Below, piece by piece: positions 28,294-38,258 of a stretch of 61,029 bases of DNA. This stretch comes from Deltaproteobacteria bacterium (GTDB lineage Bacteria > Myxococcota_A > UBA9042 > PHBI01), in contig SBGO01000027.1 of NCBI GenBank assembly GCA_006226565.1, forward strand, positions 1-61,029. The letters run 5' to 3'. Made by a program: the position numbers and the translations under genes. Within the stretch, counting starts at the first letter, position 1. Every line of letters starts with the position of its first letter. The notes beneath the pieces were generated by a model, which saw nothing but the letters and a program-made list of their open reading frames with translations, ran no database searches and was not told the DNA's origin.

Positions 28294-29283
28294 TCAGGTG
28301 CCGAGCTCTTCCGTCACCGGCATCGAGAGGCGCGTCGTCGCCGGCCGCCGTCGGGCCGCCTGGGGCTCGCCGGCGAGGTCGCGGAGCGCGCGTCGGACCT
28401 CGCTCGCGCTCGCCGGGCGGTGCGCCCGGTCCTTGGCGAGCAGGCGCTGCACCAGACGCTCGGCGCTGAGCGGGAGGTCGCGATCGGGCGCCACCGTATA
28501 CATCGGCGGCACCGGCGCCTCGAGGTGCGCCTCATAGAGGCCGCGCCGCGAGTGGGCGGTGAACGGGAGCCGGCCGGTCAGCATCCGGTAGAGGACCACG
28601 CCGAACTGGTAGAGGTCCGTCCGCTGGTCGAGCGGCCCGGCCAGGACCTGCTCGGGCGCGAGGTACTCGGGCGTGCCGACGATGCGTCCGGTGGGATCGC
28701 CGAGCCAGACCATGTCCATGTGGCAGGCGATCCCGAAGTCGAGCAGCTTCACCCGCCAGCGATCGCGCTGGGTGAGGTCGATGTAGAGGTTGGTCGGCTT
28801 GATGTCGCGGTGGATGATCCGCGCCTCGTGGATGTGCTCGAGCGCGCGCAGGATCTGATCGGCGACCGCCAGCGCGTCCCCGAGCCGCAGCGGGCGCTGC
28901 TCGATCACGCGCTGCAGCGAGCGCCCCCGCAGGCGCTCCATCGCGCAGTAGAGGGCGCCGGTCTCGGTGAAGCCGTGCTCGTAGACGCGGGCGATGTGCT
29001 CGTGGTCGAAGCCGGCGCTGATGCTGATCCCGTGCCGCGTTCGCACCAGCTCCGGGGCGTCCTCGAGGGGCACGATCTTCAGCGCGACGGAGCGCAGCTG
29101 CTGCGTGTCCTGCGCGTGCCACACCGTCGTGAGCCCGGTGCCGAGGCCGATCAGGCGCCCGATCAGATAGCGACCCGCGACGAGCTGACCGCTGCGATCG
29201 GCGATCGGCGCAAGATCGTGTTCAGGACACCGTTGCGTTGCGGTCGACGACGGGCGCCAACATTGGGGGCAGACGTTTTGCAC
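28294..29283 (-). CDS. Ser/Thr protein kinase with N-terminal zinc ribbon
   Basis: C-terminal part of ORF 28294..30309 from GTG 29283: CPQC..CPEH, VALK, HRDIKPTN, DFG, GTPEYLAPE. Confidence 0.85.
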   Translation of the reverse strand: MQNVCPQCWRPSSTATQRCPEHDLAPIADRSGQLVAGRYLIGRLIGLGTGLTTVWHAQDTQQLRSVALKIVPLEDAPELVRTRHGISISAGFDHEHIARVYEHGFTETGALYCAMERLRGRSLQRVIEQRPLRLGDALAVADQILRALEHIHEARIIHRDIKPTNLYIDLTQRDRWRVKLLDFGIACHMDMVWLGDPTGRIVGTPEYLAPEQVLAGPLDQRTDLYQFGVVLYRMLTGRLPFTAHSRRGLYEAHLEAPVPPMYTVAPDRDLPLSAERLVQRLLAKDRAHRPASASEVRRALRDLAGEPQAARRRPATTRLSMPVTEELGT

Positions 29284-29420
29284 GAGACAAGACCCTGGTC
29301 GGCGGCTCCCCGGAGGGGCCGGATCTTCATGCAAGCACCCTTTCCGCGCTGCGGCAAACTTCTCGGTTAAATCGACGTTCCAGGCGGGGATCCGCGATCC
29401 TAAACGTCTGTTCTCGTTCG

Positions 29421-30983
29421 CTATGGCAGATCTTGAGGCGGGAAATCGTGGTACGCGGCGCTCATTGCGCGGGGCAACATATAGTCGAGCCCGCTGAAGG
29501 TGGCGAAGGGGTTGGCGGCGCTCACGCAGCGGGTCGGGTCGGCGAAATCCTTGGCCCAACGCCACGGGACGCACCAGCCGTCGGGATCGAGGTTGCCGCC
29601 CGTCGGTGGCGTGGCCGGGGCGCTCAGGAAGCGGGCGGCCGTCTCGTGCAGCGCCGCGTCGTCGTCGCCGAAGCGGTAGCGCGCGTACATGGCGTAGAGG
29701 GCGTTGCCCTCGGCGATCAGATCGGCGCGATCCACGATGGCCGAGAACCAATCGGGCGAGGTCGGATCGTCGTCGAGGGCGGCGACGGCCGCGTCCCCGC
29801 CGAGGCCGATGTTGAACTCGTTGCAGGCGATCGACTGCGCGTACGGGATCCCGAGGAGCGGCTGGAGATCGATCGTGTGCCCGGAGACGCAGGCGCTCGA
29901 GAAGCGGATCGCGTAGCGGATGAACCACTTCCCGATCGGCGCCTGGTCGGCGGGCGCGACCGGGAGACCGACGATGTGCCAGGTCGCGTCGAAGTCCGCC
30001 TTCGGCTGCCCGGTCACGCGGGCGAAGCCCTGGGCGAAGGCCCACGACACCCAGCGCTGGTCGTCCCCGCGCGCGACCGGCTCGCCGAGGATGTTGGTCA
30101 TCTGGAAGGCCACGCGTTTGAGGTAGCCGCCGAGGCGGGCGGCGTGGGCGCGCGCCAGCGCCTTCAGGTCCACCCCGGCGTGGACGAGCGGGCCCGGCGT
30201 GGAGACGACGTCGGACAGCGCGCGCAGGGTGCCCAGCATCTGGTCGCCGGAGGGCTCGTTGTCGCGCGTGCCGAGGTTCGGCCAGCAGGTGCCGGCGACG
30301 GTCACGCACCAGTTGTTCTCGTAGTCCGGGCCGACGTCGCTGCGGTAGACGTAGCCGTCGAGCGGGTCGGAGACGAGGTAGCCGTGGGCCGCGTCCGCCG
30401 GCAGCGCGTCGAGCGCGGCGTAGCCGTCGAGGACCTCGTGGGCGTAGGCGAGCGACTCCTCGAGCCCGGCGGCGCGGTACTCGTAGATGAAGGTCGAGAG
30501 GGCGTAGCCCATCCAGAGGGTGTTGTCGCCGAAGGTCGGGACGCCCCCCTCGCGGCGGTCGGACACGCGGCCGGCCTGATAGTGCTGCGCCAGGAAGTGC
30601 GGTCGGTAGACGTCCCAGTACTTGGTGCCGAAGATCGCCCGCGGATCGAGCGGCCCGCTCGTATCCGTGGCCACGAAGGTGTCGGCGAGCGCCGTGTCCG
30701 CCTCGCTCGCGTCGGCGTCGTCGAGCGGCGTCACGTCGCCGTCCGCGTCGGGCCCGGTGTCGAAGGCGGCGGTGTCCTCCGCGTCCGCGGCCGAGTCCGC
30801 GGCGAAGACGTCGTCCGTGACCGCGTCATCGCTGTCGTCCTCCGCGTCCGTGGCGTCCTCGACGGGCGCCCCGGTGTCGCCGGCGTCGTCCGACACGATC
30901 CCGTCGTCGGTCCCGCCGCCGCAGGCGACGCCGGCGGTCAGGCACGACAAGGCCAGGGCCGCCACGCGCGCACGTCCCCTCAT
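29421..30983 (-). CDS. Hypothetical lipoprotein with Asp/Ala-rich linker and helical, possibly six-hairpin glycosidase-like, domain
   Basis: ATG 30983; AGVAC lipobox; ~90-aa acidic linker; GDNTLWMGY, YRSD, PSGDQMLG motifs. The fold call is tentative. Confidence 0.6.
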   Translation of the reverse strand: MRGRARVAALALSCLTAGVACGGGTDDGIVSDDAGDTGAPVEDATDAEDDSDDAVTDDVFAADSAADAEDTAAFDTGPDADGDVTPLDDADASEADTALADTFVATDTSGPLDPRAIFGTKYWDVYRPHFLAQHYQAGRVSDRREGGVPTFGDNTLWMGYALSTFIYEYRAAGLEESLAYAHEVLDGYAALDALPADAAHGYLVSDPLDGYVYRSDVGPDYENNWCVTVAGTCWPNLGTRDNEPSGDQMLGTLRALSDVVSTPGPLVHAGVDLKALARAHAARLGGYLKRVAFQMTNILGEPVARGDDQRWVSWAFAQGFARVTGQPKADFDATWHIVGLPVAPADQAPIGKWFIRYAIRFSSACVSGHTIDLQPLLGIPYAQSIACNEFNIGLGGDAAVAALDDDPTSPDWFSAIVDRADLIAEGNALYAMYARYRFGDDDAALHETAARFLSAPATPPTGGNLDPDGWCVPWRWAKDFADPTRCVSAANPFATFSGLDYMLPRAMSAAYHDFPPQDLP

Positions 30984-31160
30984 GCTCCACCTCCCGCGTC
31001 GCAGTCTAGCAGACCGCCGTGCGCCGCACGCACGCGCGGCCGGAGATGGCGCTCGCCCACGGCCCCTCTCTCGCATTGCACCTTGACGGCGCCGGGCGCG
31101 GTCGCGGATCCTGACCTCGCGCGATCTCGCGCGCTCTTCCCGGAAGATAGAGAGCTTTCG

Positions 31161-33887
31161 ATGCCACATCTGCCGCGGATGCTGGTGCTGGTCGCGTGGG
31201 GGCTCGTCGTCAGCGGTGCGCTTGGGTGCGGCGCACAGGGCCCGAGCCCGACGAACGTCGCCGTCGCGATCGCCCCCCTCGACTTGCCCGGCGTCACCAA
31301 CGTCACCTACACCCTGACCGTCTCCAACGAGAGCGGCGCGCAGGTGTGGACGCGCACCCTCGACGCCGACGGCGCCGGCGACGGCGTCGGCTCCGTGAGC
31401 TGGGTCGGGCCCTGCGACGCCGACGACGATCCGGACCTGGACGGCGCCGCGACCAACACCGTCGCGGTCACCATCGACAGCATCGTGACCGCCGCCGGGC
31501 CCCTCGTGGACGGGCTGGACTTCACCAACCCCGCGCCGGCCACCGCGCCCGCCACGCGCGCCGTCGCCTGCCGCGCCAACGCCGACGTCCCCGTCGACTT
31601 CGATCTCACCGTCGCGCGCCGCGCCGCCCAGGGCTTCTTCGACATCGCGGTCGCCTTCGAGGACGTCTTCTGCTCGGCCAAGCTCGACTGCGTGCGAGAA
31701 GGGCAGCCCCTCGAGCTCCTCTTCAACGCCGCGGGAGAGCGCGATCGCACCGTCGTCCTCGGCTTCGCCTGCACCGGAGGGCTCGGCGGCGAGACCTTCC
31801 TCTACCTCGACGCCATCGCCATCGACTGTGGCGCCGCCGGATCGGCGCAGATCGCGCCGGTCGGCCCGGCCGGCAACAAGGGGGCGCTGCCGCCCATCCT
31901 CTTCCAGCACGCCGTCTACTTCGGCGCCGAGCTCCTCCAGAGCGGCGCCACGAGCTGGGGCAAGGCCTACTGGAACGTCGCCCTCGGCATCGACGAGGCC
32001 GCGCTCTCGGCCACCTCGCCCTGCGTGCTCACCGCCCACGGCACCGCGACCTCGATCCGCTTCGACACCGGCGCCGCCCCGACCGGCGCGACCTGGCCCC
32101 AGGTCGACTGGGACGTCACGCTGAACGCCCTCGGGAGCGCGACGCTCACCTGCGCCAACCACGCGGTCTTCGCCCCGGGCAGCGGGGTCGCCGTCAGCTA
32201 CGCCCAGGACGTCGTGTGGCCCTACGAGATGGCGCCCGATCTCCCCAACGACGGGGCCGGGGCGACGGCGAGCGAGAGCGGCGGCAACGCGGTGGCGCCC
32301 GCGTGGGCCACCGGACCGGACCTCGGCACGCTCACCTACGACGCCGCGCTCGACGTGACGCTCACGGCGACCGACGCCGACCCGGCGGACACGGTCACGT
32401 ACTCGAGCCCGGATCTGCCGACCTGGCTCTCCCTCGACCCCGGCACCGGGCGCCTCACCGGGGCGACCGTGGACGAGGTGGCGCTCGGCGCCCTCAGCTT
32501 CGACGTCGTCGCCGACGACGGCCTCCACCAGACGACCCGGACCTTCAGCCTCTACGCGCAGTTCGCCCCCGCCTGCCACACCATCAAGGCCGCGAGCCCG
32601 GGGCTCTCCGGGGTCTCGGTGCACACCCTCGACGCGGTCGGCGACGGCACCGGCGTCTTCGACGCCCTCTGCGACATGACGACCTACGGCGGCGGCTGGA
32701 CCCTGGTCGCCGCGCAGTTCGAGGCCGATCCGGTGCTCTGGGACGAGGGACGGCAGGCGGACTACGACCCGAGCCTGGCGAGCGCCGCCAGCTTCGCCCT
32801 GGTCGGCGCCGACCTCGTCGCCCACAACCAGGTCGCCTTCGGGCGCGCCGCCAGCACCGGCCCGGGCACCTGGGACGTCGCCGCGGTGGACTACCTCCAC
32901 TTCACCTACGACCCGGCGGCCGACTACGCCGAGGTCCCGGTGAACGGGCTCGCCACCACGCGCAGCTACCAGCTCGATCGCCACCTCGGGGGCGTCCACA
33001 ACTCGCACGATCCGGAGCAGTACCTCCAGACCGTGTCACCCGAGTGGCACGACACGCTGAGCCTCGATGCCGGCGGCGGCATGCTCTACACCTGGGCCTA
33101 CTCGCCCAACTACACCACCGTCGAAGGGCGCGGCTTCGCCTTCGAGGCGGCCCGCTACACCGCCCCCGACAGCTTCGCCTGGGCCGTGTGGGTGCGCGAC
33201 GCGCCCGGCAGCGTCGCGCCGAGCTACGCCGACTGCGACGCGTGGAAGACCGCGAACCCCGGCATGAGCGGCCTCTCGGTCCAGGTCATCGACCCGAGCG
33301 GCGCCGACCCGTTCCTCGTGATGTGCGACATGACCAGCTGGGCCGGCGGCTGGACCCTCGCGGCCATCAACTTCGAGCTCGACGCGATCCTCTGGGACGA
33401 GGGGCGCCAGGCGGACTACGAGCCGGCGCTGCGGCCCTCGAAGAGCTTCGCGCTGACCGGCGCCGACCTGCCGAGCCACGGCGAGGCCGCGTTCGGGCGC
33501 CTCCAGTACCTCGCCCCGGGCAGCTGGAGCCAGGGGATGATCGACTACATCGACGTCGTCTACGACCCGAGCGCCGAGTACCTGGAGGAGACCCACGCCG
33601 GCAAGGCGCCGCCCCAGACCGCCTCCTACCAGCTCGATCGGCACCACCACGGCGTCCACAACGGCCACGACCCCGAGGCGATCTACTACGACACGATCGC
33701 CTTCCCGCAATACGTCATCTGGAACGACACGCTGAGCTTCGACGTCGTGACCGGGGACACCACGCCCGACTACACCTGGGCCTTCAGCCCCAACTACACC
33801 GCCGACGACGAGCACAAGGGCTTCGGTTACCTCGGCTCCCTCGTGAACACCCTGGAGCCCTACGGCTGGGCGGTCTGGGTCCGCTGA
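31161..33887 (+). CDS. Modular lipoprotein, paralog 1: conserved Cys-rich N-domain + Ig/He_PIG-like domain + two fibrinogen-like (CDMT..GGWTL) domains
   Basis: ATG 31161; ALGC lipobox; GDGVGSVSWVGPCDA, QGFFDIAVAFEDVFCSAKLDC; LPTWLSLDPGTGRLTG; two repeats ending WAVWVR. Confidence 0.8.
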   Translation: MPHLPRMLVLVAWGLVVSGALGCGAQGPSPTNVAVAIAPLDLPGVTNVTYTLTVSNESGAQVWTRTLDADGAGDGVGSVSWVGPCDADDDPDLDGAATNTVAVTIDSIVTAAGPLVDGLDFTNPAPATAPATRAVACRANADVPVDFDLTVARRAAQGFFDIAVAFEDVFCSAKLDCVREGQPLELLFNAAGERDRTVVLGFACTGGLGGETFLYLDAIAIDCGAAGSAQIAPVGPAGNKGALPPILFQHAVYFGAELLQSGATSWGKAYWNVALGIDEAALSATSPCVLTAHGTATSIRFDTGAAPTGATWPQVDWDVTLNALGSATLTCANHAVFAPGSGVAVSYAQDVVWPYEMAPDLPNDGAGATASESGGNAVAPAWATGPDLGTLTYDAALDVTLTATDADPADTVTYSSPDLPTWLSLDPGTGRLTGATVDEVALGALSFDVVADDGLHQTTRTFSLYAQFAPACHTIKAASPGLSGVSVHTLDAVGDGTGVFDALCDMTTYGGGWTLVAAQFEADPVLWDEGRQADYDPSLASAASFALVGADLVAHNQVAFGRAASTGPGTWDVAAVDYLHFTYDPAADYAEVPVNGLATTRSYQLDRHLGGVHNSHDPEQYLQTVSPEWHDTLSLDAGGGMLYTWAYSPNYTTVEGRGFAFEAARYTAPDSFAWAVWVRDAPGSVAPSYADCDAWKTANPGMSGLSVQVIDPSGADPFLVMCDMTSWAGGWTLAAINFELDAILWDEGRQADYEPALRPSKSFALTGADLPSHGEAAFGRLQYLAPGSWSQGMIDYIDVVYDPSAEYLEETHAGKAPPQTASYQLDRHHHGVHNGHDPEAIYYDTIAFPQYVIWNDTLSFDVVTGDTTPDYTWAFSPNYTADDEHKGFGYLGSLVNTLEPYGWAVWVR

Positions 33888-33893
33888 GGGGCG

Positions 33894-34820
33894 CTACTCG
33901 GCGGGCACGCAGCTCGCCGCCAGCTCCTGGATCTTCACGTTGCTCGCGATCGGGCCGCCTCGCAGGCCCGCCGCGAGGAGCTGCGCCTCGCCGAAGACCT
34001 CGGAGATCGGCCGGTTTCTGGCCCCCATGGTGATCTGGATGCGGCCCCCGCCGATCGGCTCCATGACCTTGGGGACGCTCATGACCTCGCCGTCCACCAG
34101 GATCGCCAGGTAGGCGTCGGTCAGGCGCGCGGTCAGCGTCTCGAAGCGCTGCGCCCCGGCGGCCGTCAGCGCCGTCTGGACGATGGGGGAGTTGTCGAAG
34201 TCGCTGAACGTGGCGCGGGCCTGCTCGATGTCGCCGTCGCGGAGCTCGGACTGTCGGGCGACCGGCCAGATCCGCCAGCTCGGCGCGACGATCTTGCGCC
34301 CGGGGGGCGCGTCGATCCGCTCGGCCGCGGCCTCCTGGGTGCGGGTCGCGATCCCGGCGACCCGGGCTGCCACGTCGGTGCCCTCCGGCGCCGACACGAG
34401 GAGGTAGGGCTCGTCCCGCTCGCGCGCCACCCCGACGCCCTCGCCGAGCGCGGCCTTCACCTGGGCGATGAAGTCCTCTTCGGGGGCGAGCACCTCGCGG
34501 AGCGACAGCTGGTGCGGCTTCGCGAGCGCGTCCCGGACCGCGTTGCGCGCGGCCTCGAAGCCCTCGCAGCGGGCGCCGGCCCGGACCGCGACGTCGACGA
34601 TCAGCCCGCTCTTCGCCGTCTCCTCGAGGGTGATCTCGCCGAGGGTGACGTCGTCGCGCTCGTCCACCACGGCCAGGCGCTCGCGGACCCGCTCGGCGGC
34701 CGCGGCGGGATCCCCGTCGAAGCTCAGCTCGAAGCGCAGGTGCCCGTTGGGCGCCGCGCCGCACGCGACGAGGAGCGTGGCGAGCACCACGGGGCCCGCC
34801 AGGTCGAAGGACAATCGCAT
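33894..34820 (-). CDS. Lipoprotein with stand-alone SecD/SecF P1-head-like domain (no membrane domain)
   Basis: LVAC lipobox; L..GDIEQARA...P.V...LT..GA.RF..LT......LAILVDGEVMSVP.V.EPI.GG.IQIT; GAGGAGG RBS. Confidence 0.75.
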   Translation of the reverse strand: MRLSFDLAGPVVLATLLVACGAAPNGHLRFELSFDGDPAAAAERVRERLAVVDERDDVTLGEITLEETAKSGLIVDVAVRAGARCEGFEAARNAVRDALAKPHQLSLREVLAPEEDFIAQVKAALGEGVGVARERDEPYLLVSAPEGTDVAARVAGIATRTQEAAAERIDAPPGRKIVAPSWRIWPVARQSELRDGDIEQARATFSDFDNSPIVQTALTAAGAQRFETLTARLTDAYLAILVDGEVMSVPKVMEPIGGGRIQITMGARNRPISEVFGEAQLLAAGLRGGPIASNVKIQELAASCVPAE

Positions 34821-34890
34821 CTCACCCTCCTCGGGGAGCGGGTCTCGCCGAGCGCACGCGCGCTCGACGGAGGAGCTCAATCCCGCGAGC

Positions 34891-36342
34891 TCAGGACTTC
34901 TTCCGGCCGATCATGAAGTCGAGCAGCCGGTCGATCCGGGCGCCGTAGGGCGGCAGCAGGAGGCCGATGGTGTTGAGGCGCGCCTGGTGGAAGACCGCGC
35001 GGCGGTGGGAGAAGGTCTCGAAGCCTTCGCGCCCGTGGTAGGTCCCCATCCCGCTGGGCCCGACGCCGCCGAAGGGCAGATCGTCCTGAACGATGTGGAG
35101 CATGGTCTCGTTGACCGAGACGCCCCCCGAGATCGTGTCGCGCAGCACCCGCTTCACGCGATCTCGGTCGCGGTCGAAGTAGTAGAGCGCGAGCGGCCGC
35201 GGGCGGGCGTTGACGTAGCGGATCGCGTCGTCGAGGTGGTCGTAGGGCACCACCGGGAGGACGGGGCCGAAGATCTCGTCCTGCATGACGCGCAGCGCGT
35301 CCGGCGGGTCGAGGAGGAGGGTCGGCGCGAGCTTCTTGCGCTCGGGGGGCAGGGCCTCGGCGGCCGGGTTGATCTCGACGACCTGGACCTCGGCGTCCCG
35401 CGCCTCGTCGACGTAGCCGGCGACGCGGCGGTAGTGCGCGTCGTTGACGACCGCGGTGTAGTCGGGGTTGTCGGCGAGGGTGGGGTAGGCCTTGCGGACG
35501 GCCTCGCCGAAGGCGGTGACGAAGGCGTCGACCTGATCCCGCGGGCACAGCACGTAGTCGGGCGCGATGCAGGTCTGCCCGGCGTTGAGGCACTTGCCGA
35601 CGGCGACGCGCTCGGCCGCCTTCTCGATCGGGTAGTCGCGGTGGACGATCGTCGGCGACTTGCCCCCGAGCTCGAGGGTGACCGGCGTGAGGTGCTCGGC
35701 GGCGGCGCGCATGATGTGCCGGCCGACCCCGGTGGAGCCGGTGAAGAAGAGGTGATCGAAGGGCAGCCGCGAGAACGCGGCGCCGACGTCGGGGCCCCCG
35801 TTGACGACCCCCACGACGCGCGAGCTGAAGAGCTCGTTCATCATGTCGGTGAGGACGACGGCCGTCTGCGCGGTGATCTCGGACGGCTTGAGGAGGACGC
35901 GGTTGCCGGCCGCGATCGCCGAGGCGAGCGGCACCATCGCGAGCTGGAACGGGTAGTTCCACGGGGCGATGACGCCGACCACGCCGAGGGGCTGGTAGAG
36001 CACCTCGTTCGCCGCCGGCTTGAACAGCATGTCGACGTGACGGCGCGAGGGCTTCATCCAGCGCTTGAGGTGCTTCTGGACGTACTTCACGTAGCTGACG
36101 ACGACGAAGACCTCGGCCATCGCGGTCTCGTGCCGCGAGCGGCCGCCGAAGTCGGCGTCGATGGCGTCCGCGATGCGGCCCTCCCAGCGGCGGGTCGCGT
36201 CGAGGATCCGCTCGAGCGCGTCCATGCGCTGCGCGTAGGTGAGGCCTCCGGCCTCCTCCCACCCGGTCTTCAGGGCGGCGAACGCCTCGTGGACGACGGC
36301 GTCGGCCGACGCGGCGGGCTCGACGGACGAAGCGGCGGTCAT
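34891..36342 (-). CDS. Aldehyde dehydrogenase (coniferyl-aldehyde dehydrogenase-like, ALDH3 type)
   Basis: IAPWNYP, LKPSE, FFTGSTGVG, LELGGKSP, NAGQTCIAPDY, QDEIFGPVLP, LPFGGVGPSGMG; AGGAGGT RBS before ATG 36342. Confidence 0.93.
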   Translation of the reverse strand: MTAASSVEPAASADAVVHEAFAALKTGWEEAGGLTYAQRMDALERILDATRRWEGRIADAIDADFGGRSRHETAMAEVFVVVSYVKYVQKHLKRWMKPSRRHVDMLFKPAANEVLYQPLGVVGVIAPWNYPFQLAMVPLASAIAAGNRVLLKPSEITAQTAVVLTDMMNELFSSRVVGVVNGGPDVGAAFSRLPFDHLFFTGSTGVGRHIMRAAAEHLTPVTLELGGKSPTIVHRDYPIEKAAERVAVGKCLNAGQTCIAPDYVLCPRDQVDAFVTAFGEAVRKAYPTLADNPDYTAVVNDAHYRRVAGYVDEARDAEVQVVEINPAAEALPPERKKLAPTLLLDPPDALRVMQDEIFGPVLPVVPYDHLDDAIRYVNARPRPLALYYFDRDRDRVKRVLRDTISGGVSVNETMLHIVQDDLPFGGVGPSGMGTYHGREGFETFSHRRAVFHQARLNTIGLLLPPYGARIDRLLDFMIGRKKS

Positions 36343-36456
36343 GCGGCACCTCCTGACTCTGGAGGCCCGCAAGTTACGCCCGCGCTCGGCGGTGGTCCAG
36401 TCGGCGCCGGCTCCGCGGAGGAGGCGCCAGTCGCCGAGGCGCCTCCCCGCGTTCGC

Positions 36457-36819
36457 TCAGTTCGCTTCGCTGGTCGCGGAGGCCTTGACCTCCTCCATGT
36501 CGAGCTCGCCCACCTTCTCGACGATCTCGTCGAGGGCGGAGGCCGGCAGGGCGCCCGCGGTGCGGTAGACCACCACGCGGTCGCGGATGACCATGAGCGT
36601 CGGGATCGACTGGATCTGGAAGTAGGCCGCGAGCTCGCGCTGGTCCTCGGTGTCCACCTTCGCGAAGACCGCGTCGGGGTGCTTCTCGGAGGCCGCCTCG
36701 AAGGTCGGCGCGAACATCCGGCAGGGACCGCACCAGGCCGCCCAGAAGTCGATCAGGACCGTCTTGTCCTCGGCCACGAGCTCGTTGAAGTTGTCTTTCG
36801 TCAGCGTCACGGTCGCCAT
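36457..36819 (-). CDS. trxA: Thioredoxin
   Basis: C-terminal part of ORF 36457..38253: IDFWAAWCGPCRMFAP, IQSIPTL. Confidence 0.92.
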   Translation of the reverse strand: MATVTLTKDNFNELVAEDKTVLIDFWAAWCGPCRMFAPTFEAASEKHPDAVFAKVDTEDQRELAAYFQIQSIPTLMVIRDRVVVYRTAGALPASALDEIVEKVGELDMEEVKASATSEAN

Positions 36820-36869
36820 GGAGGCTCCTCCGGTTGCGATCCCTTCTCTGGAATCGATCGGACGGGACA

Positions 36870-38258
36870 TTAGGCGCGGATCGGTTCCGCGCAACCGACC
36901 CTCGCACGATTGTCGTCGCGTGCCCACGGGCGGCGGCGAACTCGCCACCAGGTGATGGCCGCGAAGCAGACGATCTCCGCGGTCAGCCCGAGCCACGCGC
37001 CCAGCGCGCCGAGGCCCGCCGGCATCGCGAGCGCCCAGCCCACCGGGAGCATGACGAGCCACTGCGTCGTCACCCCGGCGAGCATGACGAAGCGGGTGTC
37101 CCCGGCCCCGTTCAAGACCCCCTGGAAGACGTTGCAGGCGGCGTCGAAGACCTGGAAGGCGGCGCCGACCAGCAGCAGATCGCGGGCCAGCACGAGCACC
37201 TCCGGCGTCGGATCGAAGATGCCGAGGAGCGGATCCGGCGCCAGCACGAAGACGAGCCCGCAGACCGCCATCAGCCCCGCCGCCAGGCGCAGGCCGTGGC
37301 GGCGCAGGTCCGCGATCTCCGACGCCCGGCCGGCCCCGACGAGCTGCCCCGCGAGGATGGAGCAGGCTTCGCCGATGCCCATGCCGGGCAGGAAGCTCAC
37401 GCTGATGATGCGCACGGTGACCACGTGGGCCGCCAGGTGCGCGTCGCCCACCTGCGCCAGGATCGCGCTGAAGACCGCGAAGCTGCCGACGTGCAGGGCC
37501 GAGCGCAGCCCGAGCGGGGCCCCGAGGCGCCACACGAGCCCCATCAGCGGCCGCCCCGGGCGGCGGGGGTAGCGCGCGATCTCGCGCCGGAGCCGCGCCG
37601 CCAGGATGACGAAGGACACGCCGTAGGCGAGGACCGTCGCCGCCGCGGCCCCGGCCACGCCCATCGCGGGCACCGGGCCGAGCCCGTGGATGAGGAGCGG
37701 GTCGAGGGCGATGTTGGTCGCGTTGGCCGCGAGGGTGGCGACCATCGGCAGGCGGGTCTCGCCGCGCCCCTGGAGCCACGACGACAGCGCGTAGGTCCCG
37801 AAGGCCAGCGGGCCGCCGAGGACGCGCACGGCGAAGTAGCTCGCGGCGTGGGCGGAGGTCTCCGGTGACGCGCCCTGCAGCGTGAACGCCACGTCCGCGC
37901 CGAAGGCGAGCGACATCTCGACCGCGCCCATCCCGAGCGCGAGCCACAGCCCGAGCCAGAGCAGCCGCTCGACGGCGCCCTCGTCGCGCGCACCGGTGCG
38001 CTGCGCGACCGCGACCTTCAGGCCGGTCAGGAGGCCGTCGCCGAAGCTGTGGACGGTGAAGTGGGTCGACAGGGCGAGCCCCATCGACGCCAGCTGCGGC
38101 GTGCCGAGCTGGCTGACGAAGAGCGTGTCGGCCACCGACATCGCGGTGTACGACAGCATCGAGACGACGATGGGCCAGGCGAGGTCGACGACCTGGTGGA
38201 GGCCGACGGCCCTGGGCAGGCTTTCTTTTTCGAGCGGGCGAGACACGGGACACCTCAT
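36870..38258 (-). CDS. MATE family efflux transporter
   Basis: LAWPIV, VAQRTGA, QGRGET..PM...NIALDPLLI.G, GVAGAA.AT, QLVGAG, GAGDTR; multiple TM segments; exact start uncertain. Confidence 0.9.
   Translation of the reverse strand: MRCPVSRPLEKESLPRAVGLHQVVDLAWPIVVSMLSYTAMSVADTLFVSQLGTPQLASMGLALSTHFTVHSFGDGLLTGLKVAVAQRTGARDEGAVERLLWLGLWLALGMGAVEMSLAFGADVAFTLQGASPETSAHAASYFAVRVLGGPLAFGTYALSSWLQGRGETRLPMVATLAANATNIALDPLLIHGLGPVPAMGVAGAAAATVLAYGVSFVILAARLRREIARYPRRPGRPLMGLVWRLGAPLGLRSALHVGSFAVFSAILAQVGDAHLAAHVVTVRIISVSFLPGMGIGEACSILAGQLVGAGRASEIADLRRHGLRLAAGLMAVCGLVFVLAPDPLLGIFDPTPEVLVLARDLLLVGAAFQVFDAACNVFQGVLNGAGDTRFVMLAGVTTQWLVMLPVGWALAMPAGLGALGAWLGLTAEIVCFAAITWWRVRRRPWARDDNRARVGCAEPIRA

Noticed and set aside
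32571-33884. Diversity-generating retroelement template/variable repeat pair
   Set aside because: Both repeats are in-frame coding, mismatches are not adenine-specific, identity is moderate, and no reverse transcriptase is present.
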